From a virus (taxonomy: Duplodnaviria; Caudoviricetes), in the IMG/VR virus record IMGVR_UViG_3300032219_000210, positions 1 to 43,890 of that record: DNA of 43,890 bases. One strand, 5' to 3'. Each line of letters begins with the position of its first letter. The stretch's first letter is position 1. Made by a program: the position numbers and the translations under genes. This document shows positions 10,062 through 19,656 of the stretch, one piece after another. The notes under the pieces are model-generated. The model worked only from the letters and a program-made list of their open reading frames with translations, did no database searches and was not told the origin of the DNA.

Positions 10062-13000
10062 ATGGCACAAACTTTTACCTCCTTCACACCGGTAGAAGAG
10101 GCGGAGGCTAAACCACCCGCTAACTTTACTTCCTTTACACCTTTAGAGAACGCTGTCCCTGCGCCAGTTAAACCTATAAACGGATTTCCAACCTCTGCTC
10201 CAGTTAAACCTGTAGACGGATTTCCAACCTCTGCTCCAGCCCCAGTAGCGCAAAGGCCAGCGGCTCAATCGTTCTTGCCCCCGCAAGTGCCTAAGCCAGA
10301 ACCGGACAGAAGTTTTTCACCTCTTGATGAGGCTTCAAAAGCTGTTGTTAGCGCAGCTACTATTGGTATTCCAAGTTCAGTTGAGCAGTTCAAACTGGCT
10401 GGTAGTGCTGAAGTTCTTGGTAACACTATCCAGCAAATGCAGTTGCTAGACAAGATCGACAAAGGAGAAATCAAATCTCCTAATGAATTGCCCCGTGACC
10501 CTCGGGTACGTATGTACTTTGCCTCTAAGCCAGAGGTGCGTGGCCGACTGCGAGAGTCAATCACTAAAGACCTAACTAATAATAAAGAGTTCGTAAACGC
10601 CTCCCTTAGTTTGCTGTCTCAGTATCAACGCGAGAACCAAAAGTACAAGCCACGGCAAGAAAAACTTTTAGAAGTTGAAAGCGCCGCTGACTTTGGTAAT
10701 TGGCTAGCTAGTAGCATGGGCTCGGGCGCAGTGTACGCCATACCTTCTATTGTTGCTGCGATTACTACAAAACAACCGGGCTTGCTAGCTTTTGGTACAA
10801 GCATGGGTTACAGCGAGGCCGTTAGCAACCGCCTTGAGGCAATGGCTACGGAACTTAAATCTTTGCCGCCAGAAGAAAGAGCCGCTCGTGTAGCTCAAAG
10901 GCTACGAGAAACCGACGACGTTAACTTAGCCGTTGCGATTAGTTCTGGCGCATTAGATTTAGTGCTTGGCCCTGCGGCTAAAGTAGCTAAAGAAGGCGTT
11001 AAAGGTTTTATAAAATCGGCGGGCCGTGCGGGTGCGGCTAAAGAATTAGTTAAAGAAATCCCCAAACAAAGTGGGCAAGAGTTTGTAGCCGGTGCTGGTC
11101 AAGAAGGCGCACAGGCCGCAGGTAAAGTTCAAACTGGCGAGCGCAAAAAGTTTGCTACTGTAGAAACTGCCAAAGAAATGTTTGAATCCGGCGCAAAAGA
11201 AGCTGCCGGTTCTATTGCCCCTACTGCGGGTCTAGGCGCTATTAACATAGCCCGAACTCCAAGCGCTCCAAAAGCAACTGTAGAAGAAACAAAGATTGAG
11301 CCAACTTTTGATGCGGAGTTGGATAAAGAAACTCAAACAACTCAAAAAGTACAACCTGCGCCCACTACGGTAGTTTCGGAACCTGCCCCTATTAAAGAAC
11401 AAGCAACGTCAGAACAAATTAAAGAAGCCGCCGCTATATTAGAGCGTCGTGGTATTGACCCTGCTGATGCGCTACGCATTGCAACTGCTAGACTCGGCGG
11501 AACACCAGAGGTTACAGAAACAAATGCGCCTATTGAAGAGGGAGCGGAAGATGTTACAAAACCTATCAGTGAAGCAGGTGGAGAGAGCCCTGCGCTATCT
11601 GCACAATCAGCCGACAACGTTCCCACCACCACAGGAGTTAGAGAAGCTGAACGAGATGGAATGGTTTCTACTAGAGCGGATGTTACAGAGTCTACTGAAA
11701 GAGAAGGATCTAAACCCGTTGCAGTAGAAGAAGTACGTCAAGATAACATAACTAGCCTAGACGAAAAACGTAAACAACGAGTTGCTGAAATAGAAGACGC
11801 TGCTAGAGCTAAGTGGAACGCCGAATTATTTAACGAAGCCTTACAAAATCAACTTAACGTATTAACTGATTTATATGTAAAAGGAATTGCTACCGATGAA
11901 GATGTAAACAACTTTGAGAGCGCAATAGACAATTCAGATGACTCAATGATTGCTGTTGCAAAAATAGGCAAGCTTCTTGCGCCCTTAAAGAAAGCAAGTA
12001 GAGCTGCGGAACAACAAAGAATTGAAACGCCCGCTGCAAACGAAGAAACCCCCGTAGAAACTAAAGGAGCCGAACTTGGCACTGAGACCTCTGAAACCGT
12101 CCAAACAGCGCAAGAAGGACAAGCGGCATCAACAGCCGGAGCAGTAAGCAAAGGCAAACGTGGTCGGCCAAAAGCTGACATTACGGAAGAGCAACGTGCG
12201 GAGAAAGAGAAAGCCCGTACCGAAGGCCGTGCTGAGTACATGAAGGGCGAGCGTGCCCTGCCTAAACTCCAAGCCGATCTAGATAAAGCCAACGCGCCTA
12301 TTGATGAGACTAACATTGCCGACGATGAAGGTTTAACTAACGCGCAGAATGAAAAGCGTGCGGCTAAGCGCAATGCTATTAACGCAATGCTGGACTTAGA
12401 AGCTAAACACCGTGGCACTGCTTTAGGTGGTCGTGTTAAAGCCGCGCTTGCTGATCGCTCAAAGATTTCTCAAAAAGAATATGACGACGTAGTTGCCGGA
12501 CGCAGGTACAAAGATAAAGAGCGAGTAAACAAAAGCTCCGCAAGCAATGACGAAGTTGAAGCCGCAGATGAAGGTTTTAATAAAGCAACCAATGCCGCGC
12601 AAGCACTGACTAGAGTTATTAAGACGGGAACTGGCTTTCAAAAGCTCTTGGCCAAACGCCTTCGCGCATTAGTAGCTGGCGTTAACTTTGTTGTAGTTGA
12701 GGAAACTGACCCGCTGCCAGAACAATTGTCTCGCCATCAAGAAGCTTGGGGCAATGACAACTCCCGTGCCCGTGGTGTTTACTTTGAAAACACAGCTACC
12801 GGTGAGCGTACTATTTTTGTGCGCGGTGCTAGCGCGGGTAGCTTCCAAGGTATCAATAACACCACAGTACTGCACGAAGCGCTTCATGCTGCGCTGCAAC
12901 AAAAACTTGAGTTGGCCCTCCTTGCTGTTCAACGTGGGTTCTCTGGTGATGCCAAGCTGGTACGTGCGTACAACGATCTGATTGCGGTGATGAACAACGC

Positions 13001-16000
13001 TAAGGACGAGTACAACCGACTGGCTAATTTGGGTGAGTTGCCCGCAGAAATGTTCTACCTAAAGACTGTGTCGGGTGTGTTTAGCAATCCGCATGAGTTT
13101 GTTTCCTACGGCATGACCGACCCCTTCTTCCAAAAGTTCCTGATGGGCGCTTACGGTTTTGAGGAGGAGACAGGTTTCTTTACTCGGTTTGTAGATGCGC
13201 TCCGCGAGATGCTCGGCATGGCTACTGACACCGTCAATGCGCTGTCAGATTTGATTTTAGTTACCGACAAGCTTGTGTCTTCTAAGCTGACACCTACGAT
13301 GAAAATGATTGCTAAGGCTGATAAAGCTAACGCAGTACGTGAAGCTCGTGTCGGCAAAATCTACACCCAGACTCCTAAGATGCCAGAGCAAACAGGTGCA
13401 GAGGTACAAGAAACTCAAGCCGAGATTGAAGAAAAGGTGCAGTATCACCTTGAGCAAATCCAAAAAAGCCGAGATGCAGAAGAGGCCGCTAAGAACGCTT
13501 CTTTACTTTTTGCTTTGCGTAATCCTAAAAAGATTTTGCCAGCGCTTAACCGTTTGTGGAAATCCATGGACAGAGTGCAAATGAAGACTGTCTTAGCGCA
13601 ATTAAATATTGATGTTGCCGCAAGCTGGGGTTCTTCGTACGTTCCTGAGCTAGCCAATACAAACGTGCTAATGCAAAAGATGGCGGGTATGACTCAAATT
13701 CTTATGGAAGCCGCTGCCGATATAAGCACTGATGCTATGCGCGTATTCGCTAAGAACCCCGGTGAAATGAGAAAGATTCAAGACGTAGCACTTGCTGCAA
13801 CACTAAAAAGAATTGATCCCGCCGACAAGAGCGCTACTCGCCGCAGCGCAACGTTAGACAAAATGTTTAATGATCTGACCCCTGACGGTCAACGGGTGTA
13901 CAGAGAGATGCGCGACCACCTCAACGACATGACTGACTACTACATGCTGTTGCTTGAGGAAAGTATCAATGCTGAAAATATTCCAGAAGACGGCAAAGCG
14001 CTTATCATGGCGCGGATCAAACAAATCTACGAAGCTAGCAAACGCATTACTCCATACTTTGCTTTGACTCGTGAAGGCCCGTATTGGTTGTCGGTCAAAA
14101 AAGGATTAGGTGGCGAGCGTGAGTTCTGGATGCGCCCATCTTTGGCTGAACGAGATGCGTTAGCTGAACAATTTGTAGCAGACGGCATCCCTAAAAGTGA
14201 CATTACTACCGGCAACAACGTTGCTGATTTGCGCAAGACTACCTACCAAAAGAGTGACTTGCTTAAAGATGTGTTTGCCGCAATTGAAGCCGTAAAAGAC
14301 ACTGACCCTAAAGCTAAAGAAAATTTAAAAGACTCTGTGTACGAGTTGTACTTGCGCACAATGCCTGAGAACTCTTTCCGTGGGCAGTTTGTTGAGCGTC
14401 AAAACATTACCGGCTTTAGTACTGATGTACTGCGTGGCTTCAATGAAACCGCAGTCAAGATGGCAGTGCAACTGTCAAGGTTAAAGTACGGCCCACAACT
14501 GCGTCTTTCTATATCTGCTGCAAGAGATTCGGCTAAAGGCAGACCTGAAGTTGAAGTATTTATTGACGACATGGAGCGTCGAGTTGTATCGGAGCTAAGC
14601 CCAAGAGAACGTGATGGGTTTGATACGTTTGCAACCATTATGAATAGGTTGTCGGCAATTACTTATTTGTCCGGCCCTTCTACCGCGCTTATTCAACCAA
14701 TCAGCATTTTGCAAACCGGTGTTGTTATTCTGGGTGCAAGATATGGATATGGGGCGGCCTTCGCTGAACTGGGCAAGATGTCCAAGTTCTGGGATGAGTT
14801 TGCTGTTACTAAGAAACGTCTTGATGGCACTACGGCATGGGTCATGCCAACCATTGAAAACTCAAAAGCGCTTGCGCTTAATGAAGAAGAAAAGCGGGCT
14901 GTGCAACAAATGCGGTTACGTGCGGTTACTTCTTCTACTTACGCAAGTGAGTTGTTTGAGTTCAATGTTAAGTCTACCGAAGAGGTAATGTCTAAAACAG
15001 AGAAAGCTAAAGTTGCGGCTGCGTCCATGACTTTTGGTTTGCTTCATTCTGCCGACCGCATGGCACGCGAAGTTGTTTGGCTTTCTTCTTACCGCCTTAA
15101 CCGAAAGACTAAAACGTTTGAAGAGGCTGTTGACCAAGCGGTTATTGATACCAACGAATCACAAGGTAACTTTGCCGACTACGCTAAACCTGCGTTAATG
15201 AAAGCCCCCGGCGGTAGACTTGCGTTGCAGTTTATGACGTTTGCATTGAACATCATGACGCTGTTGATTCGCAACTTCTATCGCATGATTGCTGGGTTAA
15301 ACGGCGAAGGGCGTGCTGAAGCGTTTAAGATTTTCTTTGGTACGCTGAGCAGTACAGCTTTGATTGCGGGTGTTACAGGCTTGCCCTTCTACAGCGTTGT
15401 CATGGCGTTGCTAAGTTTTGCATGGGAAGACAAAGAGCGCCCACAAGGACTCAAAGACCTTGACCGCGACACATGGTTCACGCAGGTCTATTTGCCAGAA
15501 GTACTTGGTGATGTGACTGTAGCCGGTTACAAACTTGGTGACCTTAGCGACTTGGTATCCAAGGGCGTGCTTAACAAGCTGACGGGGCTTGATTTCTCTA
15601 GCCGCACATCTTTGAACAACATGTTCTTCCGTGATATTAAAGAAACCCAAAACCCCCGTGAAGAAGTAATAGCGCGGGCGCTAGAACGTGCCGGCCCTGC
15701 CGCAAACATGGTCTTAAACTGGGCCGATGCTTATGACGCATTTATGCAGGGTGATACGCAAAGGGGCTTAGAAAAAGTAGCCCCCGCAATTGTACGTAAC
15801 CTTATAGTTGCTGAAAAGTATAAAACAGAAGGCGCTAAGGACACCAAGGGTGCTGTGATTGCAAAACCCGAAGCGTTTGATAAATGGGACTACTACGGTC
15901 AAGCAATTGGTTTTAGGTCGGCTCCGTTGGCAAACGCGCAAGCGGTTAACTTTAAACTGACGGCTATAGAAAAGCGTATTGAAAACGAACGCACTGACCT

Positions 16001-16301
16001 GCTGAACAACCTTGATCGCGCTTACAGAAACAAAGACATAAAAGAGTACTCTAAGATCAACAGGGATATTAACGAACGTTTTAATCGGATGTACCCATCT
16101 AAGCGCATTGATGAAATTGAAAAATCACTTGAGACCCGCGCAGAGGCTAGAGGTAAATCGTGGCGTGGTGTTGAGATAGATGAGCAGAATTCATCATTTG
16201 CCTACGAAGCCGCTAAAGCATCCCGCAAGGCGCTCCAAGAGAAAGAAAAAGAAGGAGCCAAGCGTATTGAGCTAGAGAACATGGCTACCAATAGGAAATA
16301 A
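10062..16301 (+). CDS. Large polyvalent-type virion protein with zincin-like metallopeptidase motif
   Basis: 2079 aa; HEALH (12873-12887) with downstream 'HEFVSYG'; KRGRPK AT-hook-like motif; hydrophobic helices in C-terminal third; last gene of structural operon. Confidence 0.65.
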   Translation: MAQTFTSFTPVEEAEAKPPANFTSFTPLENAVPAPVKPINGFPTSAPVKPVDGFPTSAPAPVAQRPAAQSFLPPQVPKPEPDRSFSPLDEASKAVVSAATIGIPSSVEQFKLAGSAEVLGNTIQQMQLLDKIDKGEIKSPNELPRDPRVRMYFASKPEVRGRLRESITKDLTNNKEFVNASLSLLSQYQRENQKYKPRQEKLLEVESAADFGNWLASSMGSGAVYAIPSIVAAITTKQPGLLAFGTSMGYSEAVSNRLEAMATELKSLPPEERAARVAQRLRETDDVNLAVAISSGALDLVLGPAAKVAKEGVKGFIKSAGRAGAAKELVKEIPKQSGQEFVAGAGQEGAQAAGKVQTGERKKFATVETAKEMFESGAKEAAGSIAPTAGLGAINIARTPSAPKATVEETKIEPTFDAELDKETQTTQKVQPAPTTVVSEPAPIKEQATSEQIKEAAAILERRGIDPADALRIATARLGGTPEVTETNAPIEEGAEDVTKPISEAGGESPALSAQSADNVPTTTGVREAERDGMVSTRADVTESTEREGSKPVAVEEVRQDNITSLDEKRKQRVAEIEDAARAKWNAELFNEALQNQLNVLTDLYVKGIATDEDVNNFESAIDNSDDSMIAVAKIGKLLAPLKKASRAAEQQRIETPAANEETPVETKGAELGTETSETVQTAQEGQAASTAGAVSKGKRGRPKADITEEQRAEKEKARTEGRAEYMKGERALPKLQADLDKANAPIDETNIADDEGLTNAQNEKRAAKRNAINAMLDLEAKHRGTALGGRVKAALADRSKISQKEYDDVVAGRRYKDKERVNKSSASNDEVEAADEGFNKATNAAQALTRVIKTGTGFQKLLAKRLRALVAGVNFVVVEETDPLPEQLSRHQEAWGNDNSRARGVYFENTATGERTIFVRGASAGSFQGINNTTVLHEALHAALQQKLELALLAVQRGFSGDAKLVRAYNDLIAVMNNAKDEYNRLANLGELPAEMFYLKTVSGVFSNPHEFVSYGMTDPFFQKFLMGAYGFEEETGFFTRFVDALREMLGMATDTVNALSDLILVTDKLVSSKLTPTMKMIAKADKANAVREARVGKIYTQTPKMPEQTGAEVQETQAEIEEKVQYHLEQIQKSRDAEEAAKNASLLFALRNPKKILPALNRLWKSMDRVQMKTVLAQLNIDVAASWGSSYVPELANTNVLMQKMAGMTQILMEAAADISTDAMRVFAKNPGEMRKIQDVALAATLKRIDPADKSATRRSATLDKMFNDLTPDGQRVYREMRDHLNDMTDYYMLLLEESINAENIPEDGKALIMARIKQIYEASKRITPYFALTREGPYWLSVKKGLGGEREFWMRPSLAERDALAEQFVADGIPKSDITTGNNVADLRKTTYQKSDLLKDVFAAIEAVKDTDPKAKENLKDSVYELYLRTMPENSFRGQFVERQNITGFSTDVLRGFNETAVKMAVQLSRLKYGPQLRLSISAARDSAKGRPEVEVFIDDMERRVVSELSPRERDGFDTFATIMNRLSAITYLSGPSTALIQPISILQTGVVILGARYGYGAAFAELGKMSKFWDEFAVTKKRLDGTTAWVMPTIENSKALALNEEEKRAVQQMRLRAVTSSTYASELFEFNVKSTEEVMSKTEKAKVAAASMTFGLLHSADRMAREVVWLSSYRLNRKTKTFEEAVDQAVIDTNESQGNFADYAKPALMKAPGGRLALQFMTFALNIMTLLIRNFYRMIAGLNGEGRAEAFKIFFGTLSSTALIAGVTGLPFYSVVMALLSFAWEDKERPQGLKDLDRDTWFTQVYLPEVLGDVTVAGYKLGDLSDLVSKGVLNKLTGLDFSSRTSLNNMFFRDIKETQNPREEVIARALERAGPAANMVLNWADAYDAFMQGDTQRGLEKVAPAIVRNLIVAEKYKTEGAKDTKGAVIAKPEAFDKWDYYGQAIGFRSAPLANAQAVNFKLTAIEKRIENERTDLLNNLDRAYRNKDIKEYSKINRDINERFNRMYPSKRIDEIEKSLETRAEARGKSWRGVEIDEQNSSFAYEAAKASRKALQEKEKEGAKRIELENMATNRK
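11551..11727 (+). CDS. Candidate nested +1-frame 58-aa protein inside the 2079-aa gene
   Basis: GAGGGAG 6 nt before ATG 11551; amphipathic Leu-rich translation. Confidence 0.4.
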   Translation: MLQNLSVKQVERALRYLHNQPTTFPPPQELEKLNEMEWFLLERMLQSLLKEKDLNPLQ

Positions 16302-16328
16302 AAAAACCCCCGGGGATTAGCCGGGGGT
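16300..16328 (-). terminator. Intrinsic terminator at the convergence of structural and replication operons
   Basis: ACCCCCGG-7 nt-CCGGGGGT stem (16306-16328) with an A run on + (U tract on -). Confidence 0.8.
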
Positions 16329-16375
16329 AAAAGGAGAGGCAACCAAAATAAACCGTCGGCAACTGCTTCCCGACA
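16300..16375 (-). ncRNA. Candidate ~75-nt small RNA
   Basis: Bounded by a sigma70-like promoter (16381-16409) and the terminator; 5' hairpin GUCGG/CCGAC; no ORF. Confidence 0.4.
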
Positions 16376-16380
16376 ACTGA

Positions 16381-16409
16381 AGTTTAGCTCAAAGCCTCCA
16401 CACTCGCAA
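16381..16409 (-). promoter_or_regulatory. sigma70-like promoter TTGCGA-17-TAAACT
   Basis: Hexamers at 16409-16404 and 16386-16381 with 17-bp spacer. Confidence 0.45.
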
Positions 16410-16583
16410 ACCTTTTATGCCGTCTTCTATGACTACTTTCGTAAGTAGATTCATTTTTAGCCGGCGTGATACTCGACCAAGTTCCGATTTAGCTTTTGCT
16501 GTATCAATGCAGGGTACAAAGAACGAGTACCCCTTGCGGAACTTGGCCCAGTTGATCTCATAGTGAACTGTCTCGATTTTCAT
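16389..16583 (-). CDS. Hypothetical protein (64 aa)
   Basis: Overlaps the primase-helicase end; C-terminal 'GLRVWR' motif common to small phage proteins. Confidence 0.65.
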   Translation of the reverse strand: MKIETVHYEINWAKFRKGYSFFVPCIDTAKAKSELGRVSRRLKMNLLTKVVIEDGIKGLRVWRL

Positions 16584-19398
16584 CGGTGGCTTCTATGTGA
16601 ATAAAGTCAGCTTGAGACGCATCAAACATCAGGGCACGCACTGCGGGGGACACAACTTTCATGCCCTTGGCCATACGCTTGTTGACTGGTTCTTTAAATA
16701 CGTTAGCCTCTTTCAACTCTTTAAGTAAATCTTTGTAGTTAATTTGACGTTGCACACAAAAATCTTTAAACGCTTTTGCCGCAATCCATAACAGTTTAGT
16801 ATCCGGCTCGTAGCGTATAAACAACTCACCCTTTGGCTCCATAGTCGGCATTGGAATCATGTTGCTACGTGCGTCATTCTCGCCGTTCACAACCAAAGCG
16901 TGATTCATGTTGCCGTTAATAAACTCACCAAGCGTAGAGGCGGGGTTGCTGATTGGGGGTTTAATGTCCTCACGCATCTCGCCAAGCATACCCACCAACC
17001 ATGCGTAGACCAGCTTCATGTCGTAGTCGTGCAGTTGCAAGCTCTTAGCAATCAGGCCACCGGCAATGTTACAGGCGGCTACGGCTGACCAGAAACGCTC
17101 ACGCTGTGTGAACTTAACTTCCTTATCGAGCTTAGCCTGAATCTGGCGCACCAAGTCTTTGGCTTCTTCCAAGTTGTTAACAAGCCATTGAGCGTAAATC
17201 TCACCTGCGTGTCCATAGTTCTCGCGCAGTTGATGGTCAAACATCTGCTTACCTACCTGCACATCAATCAAGTTGTTGGGCTTGATCTCATACTCAAGTA
17301 GACGCATGGACTCACCATCGGGAGAATCTTTAGCCGCGCCAAGCTTTTGGTAGAAGCTAGCGTTAGAGGATGTTAATGTCATGCCCTGCCAGCTAGTTAG
17401 ATTGACACGCTCCTCGTTGACCGAGCCGCGCATCTTGTTCTTGCCTCGACCTTGGCTGATGCTGTACGACAGGTCAGAGAACTCCATAGGGCTGGTGTTC
17501 GTGATCTCGTCGATTGTGTTGGGCAGGTTGTTCATCACACCGAGCCTGTGCATCTTTGCGTTGAACGTATCCTTCCAGATCGAGGCGTTCTTGACTGGGT
17601 GACCCCATACGCTGTTACACATAAACAAGGCTGTCGACTTGCCCGAGCCTGAGCTACTGTGAATCACGTTGATGATTGCACCGGACATACCTGTAAATTT
17701 TAACAGTGGTGAACCAAAGGCCGTCAGTGCCGCAAAAGCATGGGGCTCAAGGCCGGGCTGTGCGTACATGTTGAAGACTTCTTTCCACTTATCAAAGTCG
17801 CCCTTTTCATTAAGGTACTCGGCTACTGCCTTTGTGATGTGTGAGGGCGGGCTGTAATACACGCCGTCCTTTGTGATCTCTCTGTCGCCAAGAATGAACT
17901 TGCTGTCGTTATCGACCCAACCAAACTGTGTTCTCATAATGTCTGCCTTCCGCATAACTTGTAAATTTTTAACCGCTGTAATCACATATACGCACATGAG
18001 GTCGACTTGCTTACTAAACAAGCCCACACCCTTAGACGCTAGTGCTTCTCGCAGTTTGTCTTTTGATGAAAGTACTCCGAGTGGGATTGCAAACTCCTTC
18101 ATGCCGTCCCTTGGTAGGTGCAATCGGAATAGCAATGTCTCCCCAATATCGGGGTCTGTTAGCCGCTTGATGATGTACAGGTCATGCTCATACACAAGGT
18201 CTGGTTCTGCTTCGTCATCCGAGGGTCTGCGGTAGATGCCACCGTTCTTACCCCTGAAGAATGGGAATGGATACTCAGGTATGCGTACTGTCTCAACCTC
18301 ACCGTCTTTGGCTTCGATTACAACATCGTAATCTTCGTCTTCGGCTTCTTCGATCTCTACACCAAGCATGATTGGTGACTTGATCTTGCCCTTGTGTTTA
18401 CACCCTTCACAACCTGTGGGGTTCTGCTTCTCAAAGGTAGCGCAGTGATGCGGCCCACCCGTGCGTTGCAGGTCATCAACTTTGTACTCGGTCTTAAACC
18501 GGTCGTAGTTGGGATGCTCCGCAGACATTTTGTGTATTGCGGAATCTCGGTCGATGCAAAAAGTTGCAATCGAAAGCGCTGAGCGCCATAAGTTGTAGTC
18601 GAGTGTGGCTTGATTCTCATAGCAGTGTATTAGTTGGTTACAACCTTCACCCTGCGCTGACTTCAGCATTATTGTTTTGAAACGCTTTACCTTATTCTGC
18701 ATCACCGATTCCATCAAAGGACTCATAGTGCGCGGGATAAAGTCTGGCCGCTCGTCTTCCGGTTCTACGTCCGGTGCGCCGAGTAGCTCTTTCACTTGTG
18801 CGTAGGTCATACGCTGAGTGACTTCGTTAATAACCGTTACTTCTACCGGTTCAGCTTTAAAGTTGTATGTGCCGGGGACACGCAATACTCTGGATGCTTC
18901 AAATACAGCAGGGTCGACAATGAATCCTTGCTCTACGCACAACTCACGAAGGCGGTTTGCAAGGGGTTCCCAGTTGTGGCGAGTTATGGTCTCTTCAAGC
19001 AACCAGTATGCGTGGATGCCGTAACCTGAACTAACCAAAATTGGTTGTGGTAACCCTACGTTTTTGCAGAACTTCTTGAACTCAGCAAGACCTGTGGCTT
19101 GGTCGATGTAACCTTTGATTACTCCCTTTTCATCGGGTACAGCCTTCGTGGGGCCGCAATCAATATCCATCCACAATGCGCGAACATAAGCAACGTTTTC
19201 ATGTGTGCGGTTGTTGAGTGGGCCGAACTTGGCACAGCCAAAAAACACATCAAACTTGTTACTTACTAGCGTCTCAATCTGTTCATCTACTTCTGCTCGT
19301 GTATCGTAAAACTTCTGATCTGGATACTTCCCTAGCCCAAACACACAGTACCGACCCTCTGTGGGTAGCACTGCGTCTAGTAGGTCAAAGCGGGGCAT
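16558..19398 (-). CDS. Primase-helicase fusion (AEP/RepB-like primase, Cys-rich domain, DUF927-type P-loop helicase)
   Basis: 'WMDID', 'SSGYGIHAYW', 'RVLRVPGT' primase motifs; 'HHC..CEGCKH'; Walker A 'SSGSGKST' and 'TIDE'. Confidence 0.8.
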   Translation of the reverse strand: MPRFDLLDAVLPTEGRYCVFGLGKYPDQKFYDTRAEVDEQIETLVSNKFDVFFGCAKFGPLNNRTHENVAYVRALWMDIDCGPTKAVPDEKGVIKGYIDQATGLAEFKKFCKNVGLPQPILVSSGYGIHAYWLLEETITRHNWEPLANRLRELCVEQGFIVDPAVFEASRVLRVPGTYNFKAEPVEVTVINEVTQRMTYAQVKELLGAPDVEPEDERPDFIPRTMSPLMESVMQNKVKRFKTIMLKSAQGEGCNQLIHCYENQATLDYNLWRSALSIATFCIDRDSAIHKMSAEHPNYDRFKTEYKVDDLQRTGGPHHCATFEKQNPTGCEGCKHKGKIKSPIMLGVEIEEAEDEDYDVVIEAKDGEVETVRIPEYPFPFFRGKNGGIYRRPSDDEAEPDLVYEHDLYIIKRLTDPDIGETLLFRLHLPRDGMKEFAIPLGVLSSKDKLREALASKGVGLFSKQVDLMCVYVITAVKNLQVMRKADIMRTQFGWVDNDSKFILGDREITKDGVYYSPPSHITKAVAEYLNEKGDFDKWKEVFNMYAQPGLEPHAFAALTAFGSPLLKFTGMSGAIINVIHSSSGSGKSTALFMCNSVWGHPVKNASIWKDTFNAKMHRLGVMNNLPNTIDEITNTSPMEFSDLSYSISQGRGKNKMRGSVNEERVNLTSWQGMTLTSSNASFYQKLGAAKDSPDGESMRLLEYEIKPNNLIDVQVGKQMFDHQLRENYGHAGEIYAQWLVNNLEEAKDLVRQIQAKLDKEVKFTQRERFWSAVAACNIAGGLIAKSLQLHDYDMKLVYAWLVGMLGEMREDIKPPISNPASTLGEFINGNMNHALVVNGENDARSNMIPMPTMEPKGELFIRYEPDTKLLWIAAKAFKDFCVQRQINYKDLLKELKEANVFKEPVNKRMAKGMKVVSPAVRALMFDASQADFIHIEATDENRDSSL

Positions 19399-19654
19399 GT
19401 TTTTCTTTTGTATTTCTTTGGGCTTTTTTGTAGGTTCTCATCCATTTAATAATCCGGAAACCGTTTTCTTTTGAGGGGTGGGTCTCCCCCGTCAGCCAGT
19501 TGTAAATCGTCATTCGACTTACCCCTAGGGCTTCTGAAGCTTCGGTAACCGGAATATCGTTACGGAGTAGGAACTTTCCTAAAGCCACATCCAACGACTT
19601 AGAGGTATCGTTTTTAATAGATTCAACTAAGCGTTGGCTGTAACCATAGGTCAT
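19385..19654 (-). CDS. Cro/XRE-like HTH DNA-binding protein
   Basis: 'VTEASEALGVSRMTIYNWLTG' helix-turn-helix. Confidence 0.75.
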   Translation of the reverse strand: MTYGYSQRLVESIKNDTSKSLDVALGKFLLRNDIPVTEASEALGVSRMTIYNWLTGETHPSKENGFRIIKWMRTYKKAQRNTKEKHAPL

Positions 19655-19656
19655 AA

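Noticed and set aside
10164-10238. 36-bp tandem duplication (PVKP..GFPTSA x2)
   Set aside because: Ordinary in-frame duplication in a disordered linker
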